Source of the DNA: Clostridiaceae bacterium
GTDB taxonomy: Bacteria > Bacillota > Clostridia > Saccharofermentanales > DTU023
NCBI GenBank assembly: GCA_012799825.1
Contig: JAAZKK010000082.1
Coordinates: 1 to 58,620 of the forward strand
Direction: 5' to 3'
DNA: 58,620 nt
The notes under the pieces are model-generated. The model saw nothing but the letters and a program-made list of their open reading frames with translations. It did not search any database and was not told the DNA's origin. A program made the position numbers and the translations under genes. Below, piece after piece: positions 24,996 through 35,828 of the stretch (position 1 is the first letter of the stretch; each line of letters opens with the position of its first letter).

Positions 24996-26939
24996 TCAGT
25001 TATTCGCGATTGTCGCAAAATCACGCGCCTTCAGCGAGGCACCGCCGACCAGACCGCCGTCGATATGCGGCTGGGCAAAAAGCTCCGCCGCATTGTCGGC
25101 ATTGACTGAACCGCCGTAAAGAATCTTGACATTTTCAGCTTCTTCAGGACTATAAAGAGAAGACAGAACATCATAAATCAGCGCGCACATCTCTTCGGCC
25201 TGTTCAGGTGTTGCCGTGTTTCCTGTTCCTATTGCCCAGATAGGCTCATAAGCAACCGTCACTTGGCAAAGTTTTGATGCCTTGACGCCCTCAAAGGCTT
25301 TCTTAATTTGGGATGTAACAATGTCTTCGGTCTTTCCTGCCAAACGTTCTTCTTCAGTTTCTCCGCAACAGACAATGGGACGGATTCCCCAATGCAATGC
25401 CGATAAGAGCTTCTCATTCACGAACTCATCGGATTCGTGGAAGTATCCGCGGCGCTCAGAGTGCCCGATAATGACATAAGGCACGTGCATCATGGCTAAG
25501 GTACGCATGGAAATCTCGCCAGTATACGCGCCGGATTCCTTCGGATGGCCATTTTGAGCGGCTACGTGAATGACAGTGCCTTCACATGCCTTCAATGCCG
25601 CATCGAGAGCCGTGAAAGGAACAGCGGCAATAACGCGCGCTTCCGCGTTATCCAAAAGCGGAATCAGCTGATGGATGAGCTCCACTGCGTCTTGCGGCGT
25701 CTCGCGGTTCATCTTCCAGTTGCCCGCCGCCACCTTCATGCGCGGATCACGGTCGAGCAAACAGTCGATACCGGGCAGCACCTTACCTTCGAGGAACTCA
25801 AGAGATGCGCCGCCGCCGGTAGATACGTGACTCATCTTTGACGCGAGACCGAACTGCTCAACGGCAGCCGCAGAATCTCCGCCTCCGATGATGGTCACCG
25901 CATCGGCCTCAGACATGGCGTCAGCCAACGCGCGTGTGCCCTTGGCAAAATTGTCAAATTCAAATACGCCGACCGGGCCGTTCCAGATTACGGTGCCGGA
26001 TTGGCGAATAATGTCGCAGAAAAGACGTGTTGTCTCAGGACCTATGTCAAGTCCCATCATGTTATCGGGGATCATATTCGCCGGCACAATGACGAAATTG
26101 GCGTCCTTGTCAAAACGGTCAGCAACTACAATATCGACGGGAAGAACGAGTTTAACACCGCGTTCATCGGCCTCTTGCATGAGCTCTTTGGCAAGTTCGA
26201 TCTTGTCGGGCTCACAAAGCGACGTGCCGACCGAAAATCCGCGTGCCGCGATAAATGTGTAGGACATGCCGCCACCGATGAGCAAATGATCTACCGACTT
26301 CAACAGATTGCGGATAACACCGATTTTGTCATATACCTTAGAGCCTCCAAGAATCGCCGTCATGGGCCGTTTCGGCTTGGCAAGCGCATTCCCCATCATG
26401 TTCAGTTCGCGACTGATCGTATAACCAGCTACTGCCGGCAAATAGGACGCTACGCCGGCAGTCGACGCATGCGCGCGATGCGCGGTGCCAAAGGCGTCAC
26501 TGACATAAAGATCGGCCATAGAAGCAAGTTTTTGAGAAAATAGCGGATGGTTTGCCGTCTCTTCCTTGTGAAAACGGACATTCTCCAAAAGCATAACGTC
26601 ACCGTCTTTTAAGGCGGCCGCTTTGTTTTGAGCATCCTCACCTATGACGTCCAGTGCCAAAATCACATCCTGTCCAAGTAGAGAGGCGAGACGTTGCGCG
26701 ACAGGCTTCAGCGAGAACTCCATATCAAAGCCTTTAGGGCGTCCAAGATGGGTCACAATGATGACGCGAGCACCCCTCTCAACGAGTGATTTGATGGTCG
26801 GCAACGCAGCGCGGATACGGCGATCATCTGTAATTTCATTCGTCTCTTTGTCCAACGGAACATTAAATTCAGTGCGCAAAAGGATGCGTTTTCCTTTGAC
26901 ATCAATGTCGTCGATTGTCTTCTTGTCGTATTGAATCAC
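24996..26939 (-). CDS. pgk/tpiA: fused phosphoglycerate kinase / triosephosphate isomerase (647 aa)
   Basis: The PGK body ends at ...STGGGASLEFLEGKVLPGIDCLL and runs without a stop into a TIM N-terminus, RMKVAAGNWKMN, with TIM motifs IIGHSERR and AYEPIWAIGTG. Confidence 0.9.
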   Translation of the reverse strand: MIQYDKKTIDDIDVKGKRILLRTEFNVPLDKETNEITDDRRIRAALPTIKSLVERGARVIIVTHLGRPKGFDMEFSLKPVAQRLASLLGQDVILALDVIGEDAQNKAAALKDGDVMLLENVRFHKEETANHPLFSQKLASMADLYVSDAFGTAHRAHASTAGVASYLPAVAGYTISRELNMMGNALAKPKRPMTAILGGSKVYDKIGVIRNLLKSVDHLLIGGGMSYTFIAARGFSVGTSLCEPDKIELAKELMQEADERGVKLVLPVDIVVADRFDKDANFVIVPANMIPDNMMGLDIGPETTRLFCDIIRQSGTVIWNGPVGVFEFDNFAKGTRALADAMSEADAVTIIGGGDSAAAVEQFGLASKMSHVSTGGGASLEFLEGKVLPGIDCLLDRDPRMKVAAGNWKMNRETPQDAVELIHQLIPLLDNAEARVIAAVPFTALDAALKACEGTVIHVAAQNGHPKESGAYTGEISMRTLAMMHVPYVIIGHSERRGYFHESDEFVNEKLLSALHWGIRPIVCCGETEEERLAGKTEDIVTSQIKKAFEGVKASKLCQVTVAYEPIWAIGTGNTATPEQAEEMCALIYDVLSSLYSPEEAENVKILYGGSVNADNAAELFAQPHIDGGLVGGASLKARDFATIANN

Positions 26940-27213
26940 TTAACAACCTCCTAAGATCCAGATCTTCTATTACAAACATTTTTTATATAACAATGGTTGG
27001 CAGCGATCGGAAACGTGTCTCGTATTGTCAATTAGAACTGCGGTAAATGAACATCATCACCTACAAATCTTAAATCGCATGCACTCATTTCCATCATAGC
27101 TCATTCATAACATTTTATGAATAGACTCGTTCTAATTTTATCGAATTATTGCCCTGAATGTCACATGAAAATGAGAGAACATATGAGTCAAAAAAGCCTT
27201 AGAATACGACGTT

Positions 27214-28101
27214 TTAGATAAACTTCGTCGTACCGAAAAACATGGGTGCGTGCGTATCTATGCGCCCGTGATCATCTGAACCCGCCGTTCTTAAAAGGCC
27301 GAGCTCCGTTGTCACGTCAAATAACAGACGGCGCTCTTCCTCTGAAGCCTCGCCGTGAAAGCATTCGACGCCGTCGATGCCTGCCTTCTTACACTGTAAC
27401 AATCGTTCCCTAAGACGCGTACGCGTTGATGCGTAATCCGGAAAGCGACACCACCCATACTGCGCTGGATGCGCTAAAACAGCGACGCCCCGTGCCTTTT
27501 TGATAACATCGGTGACCTCACTTATGAGATGACGCGGTCTTGCGATGTATGCCGGTTTCCCTTCCGATAGAAGAGCACGAAAAGCATCCGGTACGGAGTT
27601 GAATTCGCCGTGATCGACGAGCCATAGCGCCATGTGCACGCGTCCAATACTTGCATTACCCTTCCCTCCATATGCGGCAAGAGCCTTTTTGTTAATTGGA
27701 TAACCCAGTGCGCGCAATTTGTCGAGCATACGGTCGTTTCGATCGCGACGGTCACGTCTTCGCTCTTCGAGATATGCCTCGACTTCCGGCACATGCAATT
27801 GGGGAAAATAACCTAAGATATGTACTTCCTCTCCGCAATCGACGGCCGAGAATTCAATGCCGGGAAAAAACAAAATATCATCCCCTGCCGCTTCTTTAGC
27901 ATCGACGACACCCGCCATCGTGTCGTGATCGGTCAACGCGAACGCGCGAAGCCCATGTTCAACAGCGGCTCGTCCGACCTCCTGAGGTGTCTTAGCGCCA
28001 TCTGAACACGTCGAATGAAGATGCAAATCAACGCCTCCGGCCAACGTTAGTCGATCAAGTAACAGCGCAAGATCACCTGGTGATTGAGGGATTTTTAACA
28101 T
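27214..28101 (-). CDS. PHP-domain phosphoesterase
   Basis: DLHLHSTCSDG and ALTDHDT motifs. The ATG at 28101 is preceded by AAGGAGAG at 7 nt. The upstream part of the ORF to 28215 is probably not translated. Confidence 0.75.
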   Translation of the reverse strand: MLKIPQSPGDLALLLDRLTLAGGVDLHLHSTCSDGAKTPQEVGRAAVEHGLRAFALTDHDTMAGVVDAKEAAGDDILFFPGIEFSAVDCGEEVHILGYFPQLHVPEVEAYLEERRRDRRDRNDRMLDKLRALGYPINKKALAAYGGKGNASIGRVHMALWLVDHGEFNSVPDAFRALLSEGKPAYIARPRHLISEVTDVIKKARGVAVLAHPAQYGWCRFPDYASTRTRLRERLLQCKKAGIDGVECFHGEASEEERRLLFDVTTELGLLRTAGSDDHGRIDTHAPMFFGTTKFI

Positions 28102-28290
28102 GAATAGGCTCTCCTTGCTGCTTCTTTTCTTAGAAAAGATCGCTAGTCTTCTTCCTTGAGGGATGTAATAAGACGATCCTTGCCCTATTTTACGGCCTAA
28201 ACAGTACCGTGCCACGTAACATTTGGCTTGCGAGCAGTGACGTCAAAGCGACCTTAAGTCGACAATAGAAAAACCGATATAACAATTACT

Positions 28291-29370
28291 TTACAACATC
28301 TTTTTCGGTTTTTTATCGGACGTGATACCGCTCCTACCGATTCTGTCAGAGACGATGTAGCGCGGTCTCTTCTTCTCTTCATGAAATAAGCTTGCCAGAT
28401 ATAGGCCGATCAAGCCAAGACTGATCAGTACGAGGCTTCCGATCAACAGTTGAAGCAGAATAACCGTCGTAAAACCCGACGCCGCCCTTCCGCTAAAGTA
28501 GCGGACGAGAGTCTGTATGCCAAGAGCGAAAAAAAATACGAGAAACAGCATTCCGATCCAAGTGATCAATACGAGCGGACGCGACGAGAAGCCCGTAATG
28601 GCATTGACTGAAAGGCGAACGAGCTTCTTGAATCCCCATTTACTCCTCCCTCTCGTGCGATCCTCGACATCGAATTCAAACGTCTTTCGAGAAAATCCGA
28701 GCCATGCCGATAGCGCCCGAAAGAAAGTCTCTTTTTCCGGACAGGAGTTCCATGCATCAATAACCTTGCGATCGAGCAATTTGAAATCCGATGCGTTTTC
28801 CAGTTGAATACCGGACATTTTGTGAAAAATACGATAAAAACAGTTCGCTGCAGCGCGTGAAAAGATCGACTCGCGACCGCGCGACGATTTGACACCTTCT
28901 ACGACGTCATAACCTTCGCGCCATAAACGGATCATGAGCGGTATGTATTTAGGCGGATGCTGGAGATCTCCGTCCATCACAATGGCAGCATCTCCTTTAG
29001 CGTAGGCAAGTCCGGCACAAATGGCGGCCTCTTTCCCAAAATTGCGAGAGAATCGCACCGCGGAAAAGCCGCTATTCTGACGCTCATATTCGCAAAGCGC
29101 ATGCCATGTTCTATCAGACGAACCGTCATCAATAGCAAATATTTCGCACTGCTCACCCGTCGTATTGAGAATCGAGCGCGTTGTATCGAGCGTCAATAAA
29201 ACCTGATCCTCTTCATTATAGAAGGGAATGATCACGGTAATACGCGCACGACCCTCTTTCGGTCGATCGAAGAAACACAGTTCGGATTCAGTGTCTATCA
29301 TTCTCTTTCCAACATTTATAGCCATCACAACGTCTACTATACCAAAAACAAGCCGGCACATGTCCGGCAA
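28291..29370 (-). CDS. family 2 glycosyltransferase with C-terminal TM helices (polyprenyl-phosphate sugar transferase type, GtrB/ArnC-like)
   Basis: VIIPFYNEE, DDGSSDRT and MDGDLQHPP motifs, plus two C-terminal hydrophobic helices. The start is uncertain and may be the ATG at 29301. Confidence 0.8.
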   Translation of the reverse strand: MPDMCRLVFGIVDVVMAINVGKRMIDTESELCFFDRPKEGRARITVIIPFYNEEDQVLLTLDTTRSILNTTGEQCEIFAIDDGSSDRTWHALCEYERQNSGFSAVRFSRNFGKEAAICAGLAYAKGDAAIVMDGDLQHPPKYIPLMIRLWREGYDVVEGVKSSRGRESIFSRAAANCFYRIFHKMSGIQLENASDFKLLDRKVIDAWNSCPEKETFFRALSAWLGFSRKTFEFDVEDRTRGRSKWGFKKLVRLSVNAITGFSSRPLVLITWIGMLFLVFFFALGIQTLVRYFSGRAASGFTTVILLQLLIGSLVLISLGLIGLYLASLFHEEKKRPRYIVSDRIGRSGITSDKKPKKML

Positions 29371-29510
29371 AATAGAAGAAATTCAATCCGTCGCATCGCG
29401 ACAAGGTGTTCTGCAAAATAGCTACCAATCCTCTATTGATCATGAATGAAAAAAGATGCCTTTGTCACAAAACGACGCCGGCATCCTTGTCTTAAACATA
29501 AGGCATTAAT

Positions 29511-31391
29511 TTAATCGTAAATGCGTTTCACAAGTGAAGGCTGACGGTAATATTCTCCCACACCCTGAATTTTGGCAGTGGGACGTGTCGCATGAACCAT
29601 CTGTCCGTTCCCGATATAAATAGCGGAATGATCGTACGTTCTGCCGCCGTTGCTGGAATAGAATAAGATATCGCCGGGCAGTAAAGTTGAGTAGTCATAG
29701 GCTTTAAACGATACTCTTGTGCCGTAGGCATGAGCGATGTAATTAGAGCTCTCTCTTGAACGCCAGTTGAAACCGGCTACTTTATAGACATAGTACACAA
29801 GACCTGAACAATCCATGTAATTCTTCGTCACCGCATCAACAGTCGACCGGTACGGTACACCGACACATGATCTTGCGATCTCAACGATGCGAGCGCGCAC
29901 AGCGTCATTGGCAGGATTGCCCTTGGCCACCGAAGGTATACTTGGAGCGGGAGGATTCGGTGCCTTCGGCTTCGTCGTAGTAGGTTTTGTCGTCCCCGCG
30001 CTCGATGACGAAGGTGTCGTGCTGGGAGATGGTGACGTCGGCGCCGCCGCAGTATTGCGAATCAAGTCGTTACGGATGTAACCGATCTCGCCGTTCGGCG
30101 CTTTCACCATCGTCCATTCGCTGCCGACCGCTTTTGTTTGAATAGATGTTCCTTCATAAACGACAGCAACAATCAATGAATCCGTATTCGGCATTGTGCG
30201 AATATTTACAGAAGCAGTATTAATGTACACCGTTTTTTCTACACGAGTGTATCCAGCGGGCGGAGGCGTGACGACGGTCAACATGTCACTGCGTATGAAG
30301 CCTGTTTTGTCGTTTGACAAGCGCACCTTTGACCACGTACTGTTGGCCTCAATTTCATATACGCTTTCATCACGCTTCAAAGAATGGAGAATCGGTCCGT
30401 TCGTCGACGGCGAATTGCGCAACAAAACGTCATCTTCTTTGACGTAGAGAGTGCGCTCCATAGCCTCAAACGTATCTTCGGGAGGACTATTTTTCAAAAG
30501 GTCTTTCAGAATATAGCCTTCAATACCGCTTACAATGCTGACCTGCACCCAATCGCCTTTTTCAGCGATAAATTGAACACGATCGTTCTCACAGAGATAA
30601 ATGATCACCGATGAATTCTCAGTCGGCTGTTCGCGAAGATTGACGACCTTCGCCTTAACATAGAGATATTCAGGAGCGGGCGGAACAACAGGTTCCGGAC
30701 GCACAGGAACATTGACATCAAATAGGTCATTGCGCATGTAACCGGTAATACCCGTCTCGGTGCGAATCTTTGACCATTCAGCACCCTTCTCAAGAACGAC
30801 CAGTTTCAAACCGAAAGTGGCAAATCCTTCGACATCATGATTCTGACCCGGTCCAACGCGCACATAAACAACTTCCTTTTGAACATAGTGTGGCGTGTTA
30901 TCAGCAGGTATCTTCATAGGAGGTGTTGTGGGAGCAACCGTCTCTTCCGGTTCAGTTTCAGTCGGAAGCACGTTCAGCGACGCTTCCGGTTCTGTCTCAG
31001 ACGTTTCGGTATGATCAATGATCTCAACAACAAGGGCGTCATTTGACGGCGTCGTGTCATCGACAACCTCAGGCAAAATAGTTTCCGGATTAGAATTATC
31101 GTTCGGCAGGTTTATCTCAGGCGAATCGCCTCGATTGATCAAAGCGACCTGATGATTCTTCTGATCGAACTGCTCAAACGACTTAATCGCCGTTTCCTTC
31201 TTATTGGAAACGACCATTTGCGCGATAAAAACGGAAAGCACAGCGACAAACGCGATCACGGCGAGCGCGTAAAGAATAAGATTCTTAGAAAGAATCTTTG
31301 ACATAGTGCGCCGTATCCGGGAAACCGGTACACGGTTCGTGCGGAGTGTCACCGCACGTATGCCTTTTTTTGGATTCGGTCGTTCGTGCAT
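29511..31391 (-). CDS. cell-wall hydrolase: signal anchor, repeated SH3b-like domains, Pro/Thr/Ser linker, C-terminal NlpC/P60 (C40) peptidase
   Basis: Repeated W..V....G..GY.R.DL segments. Catalytic MDCSGLVYYVY and HSAIYIGNGQMVHA. AAGGAG Shine-Dalgarno sequence 7 nt before the ATG at 31391. Confidence 0.85.
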   Translation of the reverse strand: MHERPNPKKGIRAVTLRTNRVPVSRIRRTMSKILSKNLILYALAVIAFVAVLSVFIAQMVVSNKKETAIKSFEQFDQKNHQVALINRGDSPEINLPNDNSNPETILPEVVDDTTPSNDALVVEIIDHTETSETEPEASLNVLPTETEPEETVAPTTPPMKIPADNTPHYVQKEVVYVRVGPGQNHDVEGFATFGLKLVVLEKGAEWSKIRTETGITGYMRNDLFDVNVPVRPEPVVPPAPEYLYVKAKVVNLREQPTENSSVIIYLCENDRVQFIAEKGDWVQVSIVSGIEGYILKDLLKNSPPEDTFEAMERTLYVKEDDVLLRNSPSTNGPILHSLKRDESVYEIEANSTWSKVRLSNDKTGFIRSDMLTVVTPPPAGYTRVEKTVYINTASVNIRTMPNTDSLIVAVVYEGTSIQTKAVGSEWTMVKAPNGEIGYIRNDLIRNTAAAPTSPSPSTTPSSSSAGTTKPTTTKPKAPNPPAPSIPSVAKGNPANDAVRARIVEIARSCVGVPYRSTVDAVTKNYMDCSGLVYYVYKVAGFNWRSRESSNYIAHAYGTRVSFKAYDYSTLLPGDILFYSSNGGRTYDHSAIYIGNGQMVHATRPTAKIQGVGEYYRQPSLVKRIYD

Positions 31392-31490
31392 ACCGAAACT
31401 CCTTCAAACAACAAATCTTGTCGATAATTAAACAGATTATAGCATCAGCGATTGGGAAGAGCAACTTGAGTTCATCCCCTGTTCAAGCAT

Positions 31491-33128
31491 TTATGGTGTT
31501 AATCGCCAAAAAAGTAACACGTTTGTAATATCTTGTAAAAAGGCATAGATGAGTCGGGTGCCGGCGAGAGCATCTGCCGTACCGCCTGCCGTAAGGCCTT
31601 CTTCCGCAAATTGTAACTCCAGTGAAGAAAGACACGAGTCAATCGAGGCGTCGTCGGCATTGATTAAGGCTGCTCTCCACTCGTCCGGCTCATCGGGTAT
31701 TCGGTGATCGCCCGATATCCAGCAGTTTAACAGAAACGTGCGCAAGGCCTCGGCGCGCGCGTCGCCTCCCCTTTTTCTTAAGGTCGTATCCTCTACCGCG
31801 CCTAGCAGCGCCAGAAAGACACGACGTCCCAATGCGTCCTCCCTGCCCGCGTCGTCCACACCTGTTGTCTCTCGACAACACGATGCCATCACCTGCAATC
31901 CCGTTTCCATAATCGACGGGAAACCGCGAAGTGCTTCTTTCCGGACCCCTACAGCTTCAGAAGCTACGGGAAGCGCTGATTTCACTTTTTCAAATATCGG
32001 CGATGCGTCAACGACATTTTCAAGCGACCGTGCAACATCGACAATTAAAGATTGAACGACTTTTTTAAGGTCATCCTGCGTCGCGAAAGCTATTGTATCC
32101 TCTTCCAGCACACGGCGATAAAGAAGGCCCATGGCCGCGAGCAGAACACCGGACATGTAAATCCAGCCTCGATGGGTATTGACGCCTCCGGTGGACTCAA
32201 GCATTCGCCGCTCCGCAAACACACCCTCAAGTCTAAGTTTATTTGCATCGTCAAGAGACAACGTTGATATCGCAGCGATCGTCAATGAACACGACTCGTT
32301 GCTCGACCGGCCTGACGCCCGTTCAATCATGGACGCGTTTTTTTCGCAATCGTCTGTTAAAGCTTCCCCTGTCGCGAAAAAGCCGACGCGAAACGCGGCT
32401 TCATAGTAAGTAAAAAACCCGGATTGCGCACGACCGAAGGTGAAGCGGTTCATATCGTCATGTGAACCGGAACTACGCATTGTGACAAGGCCGGGTTTTT
32501 TGGACACCATGAGCTCAAAAGAAGACGCTTCTGATGCGAAAGCCGCCATGCGCGACGCCATTTCTTCAGCGACAGCTTGTTCCAATCGCTGCTTGATTTC
32601 TCGATCAAGCGCCTCTTTGCTATGTGCACGAGAACGCGCACAAATTGAGGCGGGTTGATCGCAGAGCAGACAGCTGCGCGGCGGAAAACCGAGTGAACTT
32701 CGATTGATCTGAACCCCCTCTTTATCAATAACATCCAGATCGAGCAGGCGTGAAGCGGGACATCGCGCTTCTAGTGTCATCGCAAGTTGCTTGAGCGCCC
32801 GAACGCTTAAACCCTCAACAGCGTAGATAGCTTCGTCTCCCGTTTTTTCCCGCACAAAATTATACCGCGCAATCCTTGCGCCCAAACCTTCTAGCGCATC
32901 TTGAAGGCGCTTTGTTTCATATTTAAAAAAAAGAGAACTCAAACGCGTGCGTTTGATATCGCCCGGGATATTGAGCGTTACGGACAGAAGCGGCAAACCG
33001 GTCTCTTTTAAAAAATGTTTCTGACGCTCCAAACGTTGATCGCGCGCGCGAAGCATCTCATCGAGTTCAACACGCTGATCAAAAGCATAATTTTTAAGTC
33101 CCTTGATCTCACGCATGGCATATCTCAC
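31491..33128 (-). CDS. citXG: fused CitX-like holo-ACP synthase / CitG-like triphosphoribosyl-dephospho-CoA synthase
   Basis: The N-terminal ~180 aa resemble CitX (LDEMLRARDQR...SVTLNIPG). The C-terminal part carries a CitG-like KPGLVT..SSGSHDDM. The gene is linked to citDEF-like genes. Confidence 0.7.
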   Translation of the reverse strand: MRYAMREIKGLKNYAFDQRVELDEMLRARDQRLERQKHFLKETGLPLLSVTLNIPGDIKRTRLSSLFFKYETKRLQDALEGLGARIARYNFVREKTGDEAIYAVEGLSVRALKQLAMTLEARCPASRLLDLDVIDKEGVQINRSSLGFPPRSCLLCDQPASICARSRAHSKEALDREIKQRLEQAVAEEMASRMAAFASEASSFELMVSKKPGLVTMRSSGSHDDMNRFTFGRAQSGFFTYYEAAFRVGFFATGEALTDDCEKNASMIERASGRSSNESCSLTIAAISTLSLDDANKLRLEGVFAERRMLESTGGVNTHRGWIYMSGVLLAAMGLLYRRVLEEDTIAFATQDDLKKVVQSLIVDVARSLENVVDASPIFEKVKSALPVASEAVGVRKEALRGFPSIMETGLQVMASCCRETTGVDDAGREDALGRRVFLALLGAVEDTTLRKRGGDARAEALRTFLLNCWISGDHRIPDEPDEWRAALINADDASIDSCLSSLELQFAEEGLTAGGTADALAGTRLIYAFLQDITNVLLFWRLTP

Positions 33129-33231
33129 TTTGGCAGATATGAGAACATCGCGAAAATGTTGGCATCCAAGCGTTTTGCGATGGACAGAATCTATTTCTTA
33201 TTATCATATGAAGAATGCAAAGCACGGACGT

Positions 33232-34212
33232 TTACCCGACATTCCCACCTGAAGCGGAGACTTTTTCCTTCTCAGAGGGCATGTAGTGCATCAATTTGAG
33301 CGTATTGAGCTCAGAAAGGCTGTAATCGCTCGGCATGTCAACCAGCCCGAGTATCTGCGCTTCTTTTGTGATGGGATGTGTGATGAACTCATGGTACAGC
33401 TGAAAATTCCGAATCTTACCGGTCGAACTTACATGCATTCTGGGACCTGTGCAATAGTGGCGCTGATCGCCGATCAATACATGCGTGTTATCCAAATAAG
33501 AAATGGCCAAATCCATCGCGATCAATTTATTGACATCTCTTTCTAAGAGTCTGAGATCAATCTCCGGCTTATCTTGGAACGAAAGAATAAATCCTGAGCG
33601 AACGTCATTATGTTCGTAGCGGTAAACGCGGCGGTCAATAAGACAGTACTCAACTAAATCTTCTGCCGAGTGCGCCATCCGTCGCGTATTGATCGACGCG
33701 AAAACGACATCCCTGATATCACTCGGTTCCGGACCAAAAACACTCGGACGCGTCACAATGATTTCCTCGCCTATACCGAGAAGCAAATGCGCGTTCACAC
33801 CAAGATATGGATAAATCAAATCAAAATGTTCAACGATCACGCGTTTGCGGCGCGACAACGCCAGACGGATTGCGTCGGCCAATTCATGAGGCTGCGTAAA
33901 CGCCAACTCAAACCGAATATCGACATGGTAAGTGTGTGGCGAGAAAAATCCTGTATCATCCTGATGTAGTAGCGGAAGCGGTCTCACGTTCACGCCTTCG
34001 TCATCATTCGTCAATTCTAAGCCGGGGAACATCCCTTTAATCAGAATGCTCTTTCCGGAACCGCTGTCACCGATCAGTCCGATCAATAGATCAAATGGCG
34101 ACAAATACTGCTGAGCTATCTGCATACCTTGGTCGGCCATGCGCGGCGCACCGCGGGGCGAGAGAATAATGGAGTAAAGATGGTTGCGTTGCATACGGTC
34201 TGAATATGACAT
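33232..34212 (-). CDS. hypothetical P-loop protein (Walker A GDSGSGKS)
   Basis: The ATG at 34212 is preceded by GGAGG at 8 nt. Only the Walker A-like LIGLIGDSGSGKSIL is recognisable. Confidence 0.55.
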   Translation of the reverse strand: MSYSDRMQRNHLYSIILSPRGAPRMADQGMQIAQQYLSPFDLLIGLIGDSGSGKSILIKGMFPGLELTNDDEGVNVRPLPLLHQDDTGFFSPHTYHVDIRFELAFTQPHELADAIRLALSRRKRVIVEHFDLIYPYLGVNAHLLLGIGEEIIVTRPSVFGPEPSDIRDVVFASINTRRMAHSAEDLVEYCLIDRRVYRYEHNDVRSGFILSFQDKPEIDLRLLERDVNKLIAMDLAISYLDNTHVLIGDQRHYCTGPRMHVSSTGKIRNFQLYHEFITHPITKEAQILGLVDMPSDYSLSELNTLKLMHYMPSEKEKVSASGGNVG

Positions 34213-34657
34213 TAATAAACCTCCAATGAACCGGTGCACACTTACATTGTTGAGTGCGGCCGGCGCCGTCTATTCCAAATTGATCTGACGATTCACGAGC
34301 GCACTCTTGCGCCGTTGAAGCGTCGGTGGCTGTTAAGCCGTGATGTCAAAGTAAGCCACGTCCCTACCCAATCAGCAAAAATGATCGTCCTGTTTCGCTT
34401 ATTATAGATGAAGTGGATGAAGAGCGCTTATATCGACATTAGATCTTTTCTTTTCTGCCATAATTGACCGTTGTTTCTACGAAACTATGAACCCTCGCAC
34501 GTGCTATAAAGGATATAGAAGCATCGCAGAACATTTGCGGAATGCGGCATCGGCTCACCGAAGGCTTATCCGGAAGATTGTAATGATAATGATAGAAAAT
34601 AACCTTTATTGATGCCATCGGTCGTAAACATCGATCATCAATGACCTTGCGATAGGA

Positions 34658-35782
34658 GTGCAAACTGTAACGATGAACATCTACAATGAAAAAAATCATC
34701 AGGGCCATGGATCTGACGAGACTCTAAAGAACGATCGTCAGGTCTGGATCGTGACAGGCGCCTCCGGTCATCTCGGCAATACAATCGTCCAGCGCCTGCT
34801 CTCTCAAGGAGCCCGCGTGCGCGCGCTCATCATTGAAAGGGAGCGTCCACATGCCTTGAAAGGCCTCGACTGTGACGTCGTTACCGGCAATATTTTAGAC
34901 CGAAAAAGTCTTGATGCGCTGTTTGCGGGGTTGGAGGACAAAGAGATCAACCTCCTACATCTGGCAAGTCAAATCAGCATCTTCTCGGGACACGACCCCG
35001 GCGTCTTCAAGGTCAATGTGGAAGGCACGCAGAATATGTTGGACGCTGCCATTGCTCATGGCGTCCATAGATTCCTATATTGCAGCACGGTCCACGCCAT
35101 CCCCGTTCCAAATGAAGACGTTCCAATCACTGAGATCAAACACTTCGATCCTGATCTGGTCATCGGGAGCTACGCAAAATCAAAGGCCATCGCAACTCAA
35201 CTCGTGCTCGACGCGGCGGCACAGGGCTTGCCTGCCATCATCGTCCAACCCGTCGGCATTATAGGGCCATACGATCAACTTCAAGGACACATGACTCGTC
35301 TCATCTCGCGGTTCGCGCTCGGTCGCCTTCCCGGGATGATCCGCGGCACCTATAACTTCGCGGACGTCCGAGACATCGCGGAAGGTGCCATCAACGCAAC
35401 TTTGCACGGCAGAATCGGCGAATCCTATATTCTTTCCGGACACGTGACAAGTATCAAGGATATCTTGAACACCGTGGCAGAACTGATCGGGCGCAAAAAA
35501 ATAAAGCGGACAGTGCCGCTCTGGTTGGCGCGAATAGGCGCGCCGATCGTTGAGTCGTTCAGCCGTCTGTTCAATAAACCGCCGCTTTTTACAACGTATT
35601 CACTCTATACGCTTCAAACACCGTGTCGCTTCTCCTCTGAAAAAGCACAACGCGAATTAGGATACAGCATCCGACCTCTAAAAGAGACTATGCGCGACAC
35701 CTTGCTGTTCATGGATCGGCATCAGAACTTCGGAATTCGCCTCTCGTTGAGACCGATACCTCGTGTTGAAATCGAATCATAA
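34658..35782 (+). CDS. NAD(P)-dependent epimerase/dehydratase-family SDR
   Basis: Rossmann motif VTGASGHLG and catalytic YAKSK (YxxxK). The start is uncertain: GTG at 34658 or ATG at 34673. Confidence 0.75.
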   Translation: MQTVTMNIYNEKNHQGHGSDETLKNDRQVWIVTGASGHLGNTIVQRLLSQGARVRALIIERERPHALKGLDCDVVTGNILDRKSLDALFAGLEDKEINLLHLASQISIFSGHDPGVFKVNVEGTQNMLDAAIAHGVHRFLYCSTVHAIPVPNEDVPITEIKHFDPDLVIGSYAKSKAIATQLVLDAAAQGLPAIIVQPVGIIGPYDQLQGHMTRLISRFALGRLPGMIRGTYNFADVRDIAEGAINATLHGRIGESYILSGHVTSIKDILNTVAELIGRKKIKRTVPLWLARIGAPIVESFSRLFNKPPLFTTYSLYTLQTPCRFSSEKAQRELGYSIRPLKETMRDTLLFMDRHQNFGIRLSLRPIPRVEIES

Positions 35783-35828
35783 TGCTCTTACTAAAAGTTA
35801 CGTCGTTTAAAATGTGGGTTGAATAATT

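Noticed and set aside
34439-34708. 89-aa minus-strand ORF in the divergent intergenic region
   Set aside because: It overlaps the start of the SDR gene, has no Shine-Dalgarno sequence, and has an atypical composition.
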